Virus record (IMG/VR): IMGVR_UViG_3300016669_000004
Coordinates: 1 to 42,122 of that record
Length of the DNA: 42,122 nt
Source: a virus
Taxonomy: Duplodnaviria; Caudoviricetes
Strand: one strand, 5' to 3'
Position numbers and translations under genes: made by a program. Shown here one piece after another: positions 29,089 to 37,776 of this stretch. The notes beneath the pieces are model-generated. The model searched no databases. It had not been told where the DNA came from and worked only from the letters and a program-made list of their open reading frames with translations. The first letter of the stretch is position 1. Every line of letters begins with the position of its first letter.

Positions 29089-29445
29089 TCAATCGATCGG
29101 GACTATCGTGCAGCGGCATCGCTTGCAGTGTGGATATCCTGGGAGCGCCCCGTCCTCGACAGAGAATGGGCTATGCGCGGCCAGATCCAAGCACGCCGCA
29201 CATGTCGCACTGTCACCGGCCGTGGATATCTCGTAGCGTCTAACACCTTGCTCTCGGAAAGACTGCAGTTTGGACATATATTGAGCACGCGAGCACTCTT
29301 GCCAGACAATATCTAGAAGGTCATCTGGAGCCACTGAGGGGAATTCCCTCCGCAGCTTTCTCGCAATGTTTGCTGGATTTTCACCGGCAAACCTCTTGTC
29401 GGACAACTTCTTGATGACCAAGGCCCGATGATCATGTGCACTCAT
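29089..29445 (-). CDS. Stand-alone MuF-like Cys-motif protein
   Basis: EQGVRRYEISTAGDSATCAAC...PHCKRCRCTIVP; in the cI operon. Confidence 0.6.
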   Translation of the reverse strand: MSAHDHRALVIKKLSDKRFAGENPANIARKLRREFPSVAPDDLLDIVWQECSRAQYMSKLQSFREQGVRRYEISTAGDSATCAACLDLAAHSPFSVEDGALPGYPHCKRCRCTIVPID

Positions 29446-29726
29446 GTCCGTGGCCCATGATAGTCGCGCGCAACCGGCTCATCAGCCGCCACCGTTGGCG
29501 CGATCGCCTTTGCCTCTGCTCGCTTGGCAGAAGCCTCGATGACGGCCGCGTGCCTGGCAATCATTTCGAGCATGGCGTTGGATGCTGCAATCTCCCGTTT
29601 GATGTCAGCCAGCCGGTCCTTGATCCCGAACACCGCAAACGGCAGCAGGAACCATAGCAGCGCAAGCACGATCAGGAACGCAATGACCACGAGCCCAAGC
29701 ACCCCGGTCAGCATTTGGTTTTCCAT
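29442..29726 (-). CDS. Small membrane protein (lysogenic conversion/exclusion candidate)
   Basis: GAGGA RBS; long N-terminal hydrophobic helix; downstream of cI. Confidence 0.7.
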   Translation of the reverse strand: MENQMLTGVLGLVVIAFLIVLALLWFLLPFAVFGIKDRLADIKREIAASNAMLEMIARHAAVIEASAKRAEAKAIAPTVAADEPVARDYHGPRT

Positions 29727-29768
29727 TCCATTTCCTCGATGTTGATGACACAGAACGGCCCGCTGCAG

Positions 29769-30119
29769 TTAGCTAGGGTCCTTGAACTCCCGGATCATGG
29801 ACAGCAGCGCCTGCTGTTGTCCAGGGGTCAGCCGCGCGATTTCCTCTCCCAGGCCAGGCACACCCACATCGTAGCTGGCGCCAGGCTCACCGATGGACTG
29901 ATCGGCCGGCATCAACAGCTCCCATGGGTGGACGCGAAAGTACCGCGCAATCTTGTCCACCACGTCGATGGTGGGGTTCCCCTTGCCGTATTTGATGCGC
30001 CCAAGCGTGCCGTCGGCCACGCCCATGCGCTTGGCCAGCTCGATGCGGGCCATGTCCTGGCTGGCCAGAAGCCTGTTCAGGTTATCCGCAAGTGATTGAT
30101 TTGAATCGGCTAGCCTCAT
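29769..30119 (-). CDS. CI-like XRE repressor
   Basis: LADNLNRLL...ELAKRMGVADGTLGRIKYGKGNPTIDVVDKIARYFRV; divergent from cro. Confidence 0.85.
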   Translation of the reverse strand: MRLADSNQSLADNLNRLLASQDMARIELAKRMGVADGTLGRIKYGKGNPTIDVVDKIARYFRVHPWELLMPADQSIGEPGASYDVGVPGLGEEIARLTPGQQQALLSMIREFKDPS

Positions 30120-30194
30120 CTGGCTAGATTGGCAAAAAAAACTAGCCATTTGGTGCTTGACGCCGGAGCAACATGTGGCTAGATTGCCTAGCCA
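30108..30194. promoter_or_regulatory. Genetic switch: PR-like promoter and GGCTAG operators
   Basis: TTGACG(30157)-17 bp-TAGATT(30180); palindrome TGGCTAG-N5-CTAGCCA at 30176-30194; more half-sites at 30108-30148; both ATGs sit 6-8 nt from -10-like boxes (probably leaderless). Confidence 0.75.
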
Positions 30195-30391
30195 TGGACA
30201 ACGTCGAAGCCACTCGCAACACCCTTCGCACCCACCGCGGCACCTGGCCCGACATCGCACAGTCGGCTGGCCTGTCGTACTGGTGGCTGCTGAAATTCGC
30301 CCAGGGCCAGATCAAGGAGCCTGGGGCCGCCAAGATGGAGAAGCTGAAGACAGAGCTGGCACTGCGCCGCCCCAAGGCCAGGGCCGCCTGA
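30194..30391 (+). CDS. Cro-like regulator
   Basis: 65 aa HTH WPDIAQSAGLSYWWLLKFAQGQIKEPG; divergent from cI. Confidence 0.8.
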   Translation: MDNVEATRNTLRTHRGTWPDIAQSAGLSYWWLLKFAQGQIKEPGAAKMEKLKTELALRRPKARAA

Positions 30392-31152
30392 TGCGTGCCA
30401 TCGGCTACATCCGCGTCTCCACCGAGGAGCAGGGCCGCGACGGGCACTCGCTGGCCATGCAGCCCGAGCGCATCCGCCAGTGGTGCGCGCTGCACGAGCT
30501 GGAGCTGGTCAACATCATCGAGGACCGCGGGGTCAGCGCGGGCACGCCGCTGGACAAGCGCAAGGGCGGGGTGCATCTGATGCAGGCGCTGAGCGCCGGC
30601 GAGGCGCAGGTGGTGGTGGTGTTCCGGCTGGACCGGCTGTTCCGCGACACGTTGGACGGGCTGCTGTTCTTCCGCCAGTTCGCCGAGCCGCGCGGGCTTG
30701 TGGTGCAGTCGGTCAGCGAGCTGATCGACACCGGCACCCCGCAGGGCCGGCTCAACCTCAACCTGCAGCTGTCGCTGGCCGAGTACGAGCGGGCGGTCAC
30801 CTGCGAGCGCAACAGCGCGGTGGCCCGCCACCTGCGCCAGGCCGCGCGGCCGTTTGGCTACACGCCCTATGGGGTGGTCAGGATCGAGGGCCGGCTGTAC
30901 CGCGACCCGGAAACCTGGCCCTACCGCGAACGCATCATGGCCCTGCGCGCGCAGGGCAAGAACGGCCGGCCGTGCAGCCTGGAGCGCATCTCCGAGGCGC
31001 TGCACGAGCTGGGCATCCCCGCCCCGCATGGCGGGCGGCGGTGGAACAAGCCAAGCATCGCGCGAGTGATCAAGACCCATGAGGCGATGGAGCATTACCC
31101 GCCGGCGCCAAAGGGCCAAGAAGCCGTGGTTTCACGTGGAGAGCTGCAATGA
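30391..31152 (+). CDS. Serine recombinase (resolvase domain plus short recombinase-type C-terminus)
   Basis: AIGYIRVSTEEQ catalytic Ser motif, VFRLDRLFR, PFGYTPYG. Confidence 0.92.
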   Translation: MRAIGYIRVSTEEQGRDGHSLAMQPERIRQWCALHELELVNIIEDRGVSAGTPLDKRKGGVHLMQALSAGEAQVVVVFRLDRLFRDTLDGLLFFRQFAEPRGLVVQSVSELIDTGTPQGRLNLNLQLSLAEYERAVTCERNSAVARHLRQAARPFGYTPYGVVRIEGRLYRDPETWPYRERIMALRAQGKNGRPCSLERISEALHELGIPAPHGGRRWNKPSIARVIKTHEAMEHYPPAPKGQEAVVSRGELQ

Positions 31153-31382
31153 AAACCTCAATCCTGGACCTGTTGCCGCCCAACCAGTCCCTGCGCCTGC
31201 TGCACTTGCAGCACGAAGTCTCGGTGCTGGAGCAGGCCCTGGCCTGCATCACCGACCAGTCCAGCCGTGACCAGATCTACGGCCGCATCGCCGGCCTGAT
31301 CGAACAGCGCCGCGACCGCATGGTCGCCGTGCTGCAGGCCGCCAACGGCGGCGACCTGTCCCAACTCAACGACCGCGCCTGA
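31149..31382 (+). CDS. Hypothetical early protein
   Basis: ATGA-coupled ORF. Confidence 0.65.
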   Translation: MKTSILDLLPPNQSLRLLHLQHEVSVLEQALACITDQSSRDQIYGRIAGLIEQRRDRMVAVLQAANGGDLSQLNDRA

Positions 31383-31404
31383 GCGCACCAGCGGAGCCTG
31401 ACCC

Positions 31405-31638
31405 ATGTCCATCATCCTTGGCGCCACCTACACCGATGCCGCGACGCAATTTGTCGGCATCGCCATCGCCCACACAGACTACCTGGGCGGCGGCTGCCGC
31501 ACCCAGCTGCAGACCCGCATCGAGCGCCCCGGCCAGCGCCCTGTCACCGAGTGGTTTGACGATGGCCGGCTGCAGCGACTGCCGCTGATCCCGGTGGCGG
31601 CGCCAGCGCCGGCACTGAGCGTGGTGGAGTCCGCCTGA
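31405..31638 (+). CDS. Hypothetical early protein
   Basis: GGAG RBS; LG.TYTD..TQFVGIAIA...YLGGG...WFDDGRL phage motif. Confidence 0.68.
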   Translation: MSIILGATYTDAATQFVGIAIAHTDYLGGGCRTQLQTRIERPGQRPVTEWFDDGRLQRLPLIPVAAPAPALSVVESA

Positions 31639-32231
31639 TGGCCGCCCGCCCAACCCGCAGCCAGCTCATCGGCACCATCGTCAGCGATGCGGTGCTGCAG
31701 TCGCGCATGACCTGGAACGCCTACGCCGAGGCGGTGGTGCAGCACTACCACGCCACCACCGATGTGGCCGACCGGCTGGTCGAGTTCCGCGTTGCGACCA
31801 CCGCCGACAACGCGGACCAGGCCACCCGTAACAACACCCAGACCGTCAAGCGCATGTTGATCGGCGAGATCCGCATGCACGTGGACATCGAGGAATCGCT
31901 GATTGGCGCGCTGCCCGAGGCCTGGCGCGAGCGCCTGCTGACCGCGCTGCTTGAGCGGCAGGGCCTGATCTACGCCAAGGCGCCGCGCCCGGCCGACGCG
32001 CCCAGCCACTTCAACGTGCCGTGCGAGCTCATGCGCAGCACGGCCACCGCGATCGAGCGGATCGAGCCGATGCTGCGCGACCAGGTGATCGGCCCGGATG
32101 ACCTGCCCTACTTCGAGGCGGCCGAGCGCGGCCTGAACCTGGTCATGGGCGTGTGCCTGAGCACCGCCGCGCAGATGCAGGCGGTGCGCGCGGCGGCCGC
32201 GGCCAAGCCGGGCAAGCGGAGCAGCCACTGA
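31638..32231 (+). CDS. Hypothetical early protein (possible CII-like regulator)
   Basis: Coupled ORF; position in early operon. Confidence 0.65.
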   Translation: MAARPTRSQLIGTIVSDAVLQSRMTWNAYAEAVVQHYHATTDVADRLVEFRVATTADNADQATRNNTQTVKRMLIGEIRMHVDIEESLIGALPEAWRERLLTALLERQGLIYAKAPRPADAPSHFNVPCELMRSTATAIERIEPMLRDQVIGPDDLPYFEAAERGLNLVMGVCLSTAAQMQAVRAAAAAKPGKRSSH

Positions 32232-32467
32232 TGTCCGCGCAGGGTTCGCCAGCGCCAGGTGCGCAGTGGCTGCGCTGGTTTCCAGCAGCGGCGCCAGGGG
32301 CCGGCGGCCGCTGGCGGTTGATCCGCTTTGCCCAGGTCGATGCCGGCGGCGCGCCGCTCGGCAAGGCCATCACCGCAATGACGCCAGGCAATCAACCGCG
32401 CCTGTTCCACACCGAGGCCAGCGCCCTGCGCTGCGCCGCCATGCTCAACCTGGAGGACGCCCTGTGA
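32231..32467 (+). CDS. Hypothetical protein
   Basis: TGATG-coupled ORF. Confidence 0.55.
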   Translation: MSAQGSPAPGAQWLRWFPAAAPGAGGRWRLIRFAQVDAGGAPLGKAITAMTPGNQPRLFHTEASALRCAAMLNLEDAL

Positions 32468-32567
32468 ACACCCACCCGCGCCGCCCAGGCGCCCACAACG
32501 AGGAAGCCACCGGCGCGCCAACGCCGATGGCTTCGATTTGACCACCGCCACAACAAGGAGCGCAGTC

Positions 32568-32804
32568 ATGCAGCAGTGCACCACACCCGCCGATCCGGCG
32601 CAAGTCCTGCCCCACTACCCCAAGGTCAGCTATCGCCTGCTGCTGGCCGTGGCCATCACCCGTGATGCCCGCAACCACGGTGTCAACCCGCTGCCAGCGC
32701 TGGCCGCCGCGCACGATGCCTACCGCGCCAGCGGCGGCAACCGCTTCCACGCCCGCCGCGCCGGCTGGGCGGTGGTGGATGCGCAGTGCGGGAGGGCCGG
32801 CTGA
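32568..32804 (+). CDS. Hypothetical protein
   Basis: AAGGAG RBS. Confidence 0.6.
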   Translation: MQQCTTPADPAQVLPHYPKVSYRLLLAVAITRDARNHGVNPLPALAAAHDAYRASGGNRFHARRAGWAVVDAQCGRAG

Positions 32805-33037
32805 TGCAGCTCCCACACATCCTGCGCATCTGTGTCGAAGCCAGGAGGAACAACAGCCCGGGGCCACTTTCTACCGGCGAGGCCCTGGCCGCGGCCATCG
32901 TGCTCGATCGGCCGGAGTGGATCAAGGCCATGGGATACACCCTGGCCGAGGCCATCGCCCGCGTCGATGACGATGGCCAGACCATGCCGCGCCTGCTCAA
33001 GGCCCAGCAGCTGCTTGAAGGCGAGGTGGCAGCATGA
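32804..33037 (+). CDS. Hypothetical protein
   Basis: Coupled ORF; LSTGEALAAAIVLDRPEWI.AMGYTLAEAIARV. Confidence 0.65.
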   Translation: MQLPHILRICVEARRNNSPGPLSTGEALAAAIVLDRPEWIKAMGYTLAEAIARVDDDGQTMPRLLKAQQLLEGEVAA

Positions 33038-33981
33038 ACGCACAAGCCCCTGTCTTCATCGATACCGCCATCAACCAGTACCTGGTCATCCGCCAGGCGC
33101 GCGGGCTGGCGCACAACACCATCCTGGCCTACGGCGCCGACTTGCGGCACTTCGCAGCCTACGCGGCCGGCTTTGACACCACGGTGGTGCAGCTGATCAG
33201 CGAGCGGCTGGTCAACCGGTGGATCGACACCGGCCTGTTGCACCTCAAGTGGTCCCGCCGCACCGCCGCGCGCAAGCTGGAGGCCGTGCGCGGCTTTACC
33301 GCCTGGTGCCGGCGCGAGCGCTACATCCAGCACGACCCGTGCCAGGACCTGCGCATCCGCTTCCGTCCACGCCGTGTGATCGCCCCGGAGATGGGGCCGC
33401 TGCGCGAGATGGTGTCCGGCATCGGCACCACCACGCCGGTGGACCTGCGCGACCGCGCCATGCTGCTGCTGATGCTGGATGCGGCCCTGCGCGCCAACGA
33501 GGTGGCCCAGCTGGATATCCGCCCGCCAGGCGCGGCCATCCCCAGCTACTGGGCCGACACCAGCCACCTGCGCGTGTACGCCATGCCCAAGGGCGGCGAG
33601 GCGGGCGATGCGGACATGGTGGGCATGGAGGACCAGACTGCCGCGGCCATCGATGCCTGGCTGGCGGTGCGCCACAAGCTGGCCGGCGCGGGTGAGACGG
33701 CGCTATTCGTCAACCAGCATGGCCGCCGGATCAGCCGCGGCGGCCTGTACCACGTGGTGCGCGCGCGCGGCGCCGCTGCCGGCATTGCCCGCCTGCATCC
33801 GCACAAGCTGCGCCACCGCCGCATCGGCGACATCACCGAGGCCCTGGGCCTGCACATCGCCAGCGCCCAGGCCCGCCACCGCAACACCAGCACCACTGCC
33901 AGCATCTACGGTGCCCACGCCGCCGAGGTCCAGCGCGCCGCCGTGCGCCAGCTGGCGCCGGTGGGGGAGGTGCGGGCATGA
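33034..33981 (+). CDS. Divergent tyrosine recombinase (no. 2)
   Basis: Xer-like N-terminus RGLAHNTILAYGADL; ALRANE (R), PKGG (K), HPHKLRH, ARHRNTSTTASIY (H, Y). Confidence 0.88.
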   Translation: MNAQAPVFIDTAINQYLVIRQARGLAHNTILAYGADLRHFAAYAAGFDTTVVQLISERLVNRWIDTGLLHLKWSRRTAARKLEAVRGFTAWCRRERYIQHDPCQDLRIRFRPRRVIAPEMGPLREMVSGIGTTTPVDLRDRAMLLLMLDAALRANEVAQLDIRPPGAAIPSYWADTSHLRVYAMPKGGEAGDADMVGMEDQTAAAIDAWLAVRHKLAGAGETALFVNQHGRRISRGGLYHVVRARGAAAGIARLHPHKLRHRRIGDITEALGLHIASAQARHRNTSTTASIYGAHAAEVQRAAVRQLAPVGEVRA

Positions 33982-34397
33982 GCAGACTCAATTGGGACGA
34001 TGATCCGGACAACTGGAGCATGATCCGCTGGCGCGGCGCGGTGCGCTCGGCCTTGCGTGGCGCCCGGGGCCAGGCCTTCCTGCGCGAGCTGGGCGCAGCC
34101 CTGGATGCCATGCCGGTGCGTGAGCTGATCGCCAGCCAATTCCTCGATGACAACGGCTGCGCGTGTGCGCTGGGCGTGGCCGGCGCGGCCCGTGGCCTGG
34201 ACATGCGGGCGATGGATGCCGCAGACGCCGCCAATGTGCTGCAGATCGCCTATTCCATGGCCTGCGAGATCATGTGGCGCAACGACGAGGACGGCCCATT
34301 CGACGAGAGCCCACATGCGCGCTGGGCGCGTGTGCGGGCATGGGTGCAAGCCAACATCGTCACCACGGAAGCGGGGGAGGGCGCATGCAACGCATGA
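33978..34397 (+). CDS. Conserved phage hypothetical protein
   Basis: WRGAVRSALRGARGQAFLREL..ALDAMP; coupled ORF. Confidence 0.7.
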   Translation: MSRLNWDDDPDNWSMIRWRGAVRSALRGARGQAFLRELGAALDAMPVRELIASQFLDDNGCACALGVAGAARGLDMRAMDAADAANVLQIAYSMACEIMWRNDEDGPFDESPHARWARVRAWVQANIVTTEAGEGACNA

Positions 34398-34645
34398 TCT
34401 CCACCGCCACGCCGCTGCCGCTGTGCAGGGCAGGGCACGTCGCCCGCTACATGCACGACCTACGCGGCCTGCGCGCCGGCGGCGGGCACTACATCGAGTG
34501 CGCGTGCAGCCAGACCAACCGCCACGCCAGCTTCGATGACGCCCTGGCCCAGTGGTGCGCCAGCGGCGGCCACGCCATCTCATCTGCATGCGACCAGCGC
34601 GAGCTGCCACTTGGCAACGTCGTGTCCATCAACCGGATCAAGTGA
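34385..34645 (+). CDS. Cys/His-rich hypothetical protein
   Basis: PLCRAGH...GGHYIECAC. Confidence 0.62.
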   Translation: MQRMISTATPLPLCRAGHVARYMHDLRGLRAGGGHYIECACSQTNRHASFDDALAQWCASGGHAISSACDQRELPLGNVVSINRIK

Positions 34646-34652
34646 GGCCTCC

Positions 34653-34913
34653 ATGTCCACCAAACAGACCGCCATCCTGCTCGATGCACTCAAGGAAGGC
34701 CCCATGACCGCCGCCCAGATCTGGCGCAAGCTCGGCATCGCCCGCGCCAGCGCCAGGGTCTACGACCTGCGCGACAGCGGCTTTGACGTGCGCAGCGAGA
34801 TGATCACCGTGCGCAACCGCCACGGCGAGCGCTGCCGCGTGGCCCGCTACAGCCTGATGAGCGCGCGGCAGTCAAAGCAGCTGTCCCGGCACGGGCGGAG
34901 GGCAGCGGCATGA
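34653..34913 (+). CDS. Winged HTH protein
   Basis: ILLDALKEGPMTAAQIWRKLGIARASARVYDLRDSGFDV. Confidence 0.75.
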   Translation: MSTKQTAILLDALKEGPMTAAQIWRKLGIARASARVYDLRDSGFDVRSEMITVRNRHGERCRVARYSLMSARQSKQLSRHGRRAAA

Positions 34914-35233
34914 GGCGCCCAGACAAGCCGGTGGTGGTCAACATCCACCTGCACAGTTTCGAGCAGATCGCAGCACTGATCCAGGCCCGTACCAGATCCT
35001 GGCGCTGCGACCGGCTCATGGCCACGGTGGCCAGCAACGGAGACATCCGCTGCCGCGACATCGGCAAGGAATCCAGCCGCAACGACGCGCTGGCGCGCGA
35101 CATCATCGGAACCTTCAGCCGCGACGCGCAGATCGAGGACATCGAGGACGCAGTGATCGCGCAGATGCGCTCGATGCAGATCATGCCGGAGCGCTGCGCG
35201 GAGCCTGCGCGGCGGGCGGGGGTGGCGGCATGA
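34910..35233 (+). CDS. Hypothetical protein
   Basis: ATGA-coupled ORF. Confidence 0.6.
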   Translation: MRRPDKPVVVNIHLHSFEQIAALIQARTRSWRCDRLMATVASNGDIRCRDIGKESSRNDALARDIIGTFSRDAQIEDIEDAVIAQMRSMQIMPERCAEPARRAGVAA

Positions 35234-35535
35234 GCGCCGACACCATCCACGCAGACACCTGCATGACGCCCATGCAGGCCGCCGCCATCCTCAAGCTCCA
35301 CAACGCCTGGCGGCGCGGGGAGGGCGACCACACCGCAAGGCCCGGAGAGATCGGACAGGCGCTCGACATTGCCGTGGCCGAGCTAGAGCGCGCCGCAAAC
35401 TGCCCCAGCTGCGTTACGGGCGGCTCCGCTTGCGGCCTGGCCATCACCTTCGATCGCGCCGGCGCACCAATCTGCGGGAACTGCTGGTCCATCCAGGAGA
35501 CCAAGACCCGCAGAAAGGAGGCGCCAGATGCGTAA
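35230..35535 (+). CDS. Hypothetical protein
   Basis: ILKLHNAWRRG motif plus two CxxC pairs. Confidence 0.62.
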   Translation: MSADTIHADTCMTPMQAAAILKLHNAWRRGEGDHTARPGEIGQALDIAVAELERAANCPSCVTGGSACGLAITFDRAGAPICGNCWSIQETKTRRKEAPDA

Positions 35536-36142
35536 GCGCCTCACCGCCTGGCTGTTCAGCATGCTGATGGTGCGCGTGGCCGGCCGCCGGCCTCCAAACT
35601 TCATCGTCGGGGCCGATGATCCGGCCGGAGCCTACCTGCGCCGCTGGTACATCACCCCGTGGCGGGGCTGGTTTCAGGCCATTCCCGAGCCGCAGCGCAA
35701 CCGCTGGCAGCGCTCGGTGGTGTGGACCACCCAGCACTTGCTGCCCAATCTGTACCTGCACCAGTTCCTGCGCGATGACGACGACAGGGCCATGCACGAC
35801 CATCCATCGTGGGCGGTCAGCCTGATCCTGCGCGGCGCCTACCTGGAGCACACCCGCGGCCCAGATGGCCGGCCCATGCGGCATCTGTACGAGGCCGGCA
35901 GCCTGCGCTTCATGCCGACACTGCACACCCATCGCATCGAGCTGCTGCGCGATGTGGTGGTGCCCATAGATCAAAATGGCGCTGGCCAGCCTCCAGCCGT
36001 GCATTCCAGGCCATGCTGGACGCTGTTCATGTTTGGCCCCAAGCGCCGCGACTGGGGCTTCTGGTGCGGCGATCGCTGGGTGCCATGGCAGCAGTTCACC
36101 GCCGCTGGAAAGCCAGGCGAAGTCGGCAGGGGCTGCGACTGA
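35528..36142 (+). CDS. Cupin-like phage protein
   Basis: YLRRWY...NLYLHQFLRDDDDRAMHDHP...LILRGAYLE...HRIEL...WTLF. Confidence 0.65.
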   Translation: MRKRLTAWLFSMLMVRVAGRRPPNFIVGADDPAGAYLRRWYITPWRGWFQAIPEPQRNRWQRSVVWTTQHLLPNLYLHQFLRDDDDRAMHDHPSWAVSLILRGAYLEHTRGPDGRPMRHLYEAGSLRFMPTLHTHRIELLRDVVVPIDQNGAGQPPAVHSRPCWTLFMFGPKRRDWGFWCGDRWVPWQQFTAAGKPGEVGRGCD

Positions 36143-36521
36143 TGGCCGCCCACCAATGCCCCGCCTGCGGAAGCCTCACCAGCGCGCCCACCTGCTGCGG
36201 CGTGCCGCTGGACAGGCCATTCATCATGGACCGGGAGCGCATCAAGGCCCTGCGCCGCTATGCCCACGGACGCAAGGGCCTGGACCTGGACACCTACACC
36301 CTCAAGCTGCTGGCCGTCGGAGCCCCACCAGCACCACCGCGCTGACCCGCACCCAGTATGTGATCGACGACTTTAAGGACCAGTTGCTGATCGTGCTGCT
36401 GCGCCGGCTTGGGAGCACCGTGACCATCCCCGTTCGTGAGGTCGATGACACGGGACGCTACGTGTGCTCGTTTAGCGTCAAGAACGACGCTTTCAATTTT
36501 GAAGTGACGGAGAAGCAATGA
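36142..36521 (+). pseudogene. Frameshifted Zn-finger gene fused to the 3' part of another gene
   Basis: MAAHQCPACG... stops at 36345; another frame carries TSTTALTRTQY|VIDDFKDQLLIVLLRRLG with no clear start of its own. Confidence 0.45.
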
Positions 36522-36838
36522 GCAACACCACTCTGACCGACGGATCGCCCGTCACGCCCGACCACCGCGACATTGACCCGGCCACAGGCATGCAGAAGGG
36601 CTATGTGGTCTTGAGCGCCGAAGAGCGCGCCAAGGGCTTCGTGCGGCCTGTGCGCCAGTCCTACGTGCACACCAAGTGCGGTGGCGTGACGACGATGGGC
36701 CTTGCATTGGCCGAGACCTATGCGCGCGACCCCAAGTTCTACAGCGGCATGTATTGCGCGATTTGCCGCACCCACTTCCCAGTGGGCGCCGATGGTGAGT
36801 TCACGTGGAAGGGCACGGACGAGAAAGTGGGCACGTGA
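36518..36838 (+). CDS. Conserved phage hypothetical protein (Cys-containing)
   Basis: GMQKGYVVLSAEERAKGFVRPVRQSYVH.KCG...ETYARDPKFYSGMYCAIC. Confidence 0.78.
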   Translation: MSNTTLTDGSPVTPDHRDIDPATGMQKGYVVLSAEERAKGFVRPVRQSYVHTKCGGVTTMGLALAETYARDPKFYSGMYCAICRTHFPVGADGEFTWKGTDEKVGT

Positions 36839-36839
36839 C

Positions 36840-36929
36840 GCCTAACACCTGAGTTAAGCGGTGCCGCACCCGCGCGGCACCAGATAGGAGAGATAACGAT
36901 GCGGCATCCGCTTGAACGAATTGTTAGGC
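36840..36929 (-). repeat. attC site 1 (90 bp)
   Basis: Minus strand GCCTAAC-AATTC-GTTCAAGC...GCTTAAC-TCAGGT-GTTAGGC. Confidence 0.88.
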
Positions 36930-37336
36930 CCGACCTGGTGCCTGGAGTGGTGCGGTGTGCGAAGTGCAGCTTTCAATTGCACCGCACGAATCTGCACATG
37001 AGCAACGGAACAACAAGCGCAGGGGACAGCGACACCGAGCCGTGCCCGAACGGCTGCGGCCCGCTGTGGCCTGTAACTTGGAAGCAATGGGCCGAAGAAG
37101 CAAGCGCCACAGCTGAAAGGTTCTTTGACGAATCCCAAGAAGCAAAAAAGCTGGTGGACGACTTGGCGTATCTGGTGCGGCGATTAGCCCATTCACTCGA
37201 TAAGCCGAGTGGAAACTGCCTCTTGGCGAGGCAGGCAGTGGACTACTTGCGACGGCATGACCTAGAAGGGTCAACATTGCGCGATCAAGGGCATAACGCT
37301 CCGCATAAGCCGCGTAGCGAAGCGGAGTCGGCTTGA
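36899..37336 (+). CDS. Cassette E gene: phage Zn-ribbon hypothetical protein
   Basis: VPGVVRCAKCSF...PCPNGCGPLWPVTW; RBS and ATG lie inside attC1, stop inside attC2. Confidence 0.72.
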   Translation: MRHPLERIVRPDLVPGVVRCAKCSFQLHRTNLHMSNGTTSAGDSDTEPCPNGCGPLWPVTWKQWAEEASATAERFFDESQEAKKLVDDLAYLVRRLAHSLDKPSGNCLLARQAVDYLRRHDLEGSTLRDQGHNAPHKPRSEAESA

Positions 37337-37350
37337 TGCGGTTGTTAGGC
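37291..37350 (-). repeat. attC site 2 (60 bp)
   Basis: Minus strand GCCTAAC-AACCG-CATCAAGC...GCTTATG-CGGAGC-GTTATGC. Confidence 0.88.
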
Positions 37351-37366
37351 GATTTTGGAGGATGAG

Positions 37367-37702
37367 ATGAGCGACGATTATTACTACAGCGGGCAGTATG
37401 CCGAAGAACAGGCCGAGGCCGAGGCGCAGGCAAAAGAGTTTGCGCACCGACCTGGGCCATGGCATGTCAGCGAGCACACCGAAGGAAGCGAGGCGCTAAT
37501 TTACGACGCCGATGGGTTTGAGGTTGCGCGGGTGTGCTACCCAAACCGGAATGCGGACGCGAAGCTGATTGCTGCTGCGCCTGAACTTCTCCAATCGGCA
37601 AGCGCGGCATTGCATTACATGCGACTGCACAAGTACGCGGATCAGGCATGGGCTGATGATTTGGAGGCTGCGATTGCTGCGGCCATGACGCCTAACACCT
37701 GA
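37367..37702 (+). CDS. Cassette D gene: phage hypothetical protein
   Basis: GGAGG RBS; HRPGPW...DAKLIAAAPELL phage motif. Confidence 0.78.
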   Translation: MSDDYYYSGQYAEEQAEAEAQAKEFAHRPGPWHVSEHTEGSEALIYDADGFEVARVCYPNRNADAKLIAAAPELLQSASAALHYMRLHKYADQAWADDLEAAIAAAMTPNT

Positions 37703-37749
37703 ATTAAGCCGACAGCCGAAGGCTGTTCGGCTTGAATGAATTGTTAGCC
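37690..37749 (-). repeat. attC site 3 (60 bp)
   Basis: Minus strand GGCTAAC-AATTC-ATTCAAGC-CGAACAGCCTTCGGCTGTCG-GCTTAAT-TCAGGT-GTTAGGC, textbook attC layout. Confidence 0.93.
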
Positions 37750-37776
37750 GTCAACCCGACGGCATGGAGAAACGAC

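Noticed and set aside
30391-31152. Serine recombinase as a tail-fibre invertase (Gin/Cin type)
   Set aside because: No invertible segment or flanking inverted repeats seen near the tail genes; the gene is coupled to cro
36470-36480. GTTTAGCGTCA as the partner core of a sixth cassette
   Set aside because: Two mismatches to the expected GTTAGGCGTCA, no upstream attC hairpin, and it lies within coding-like sequence
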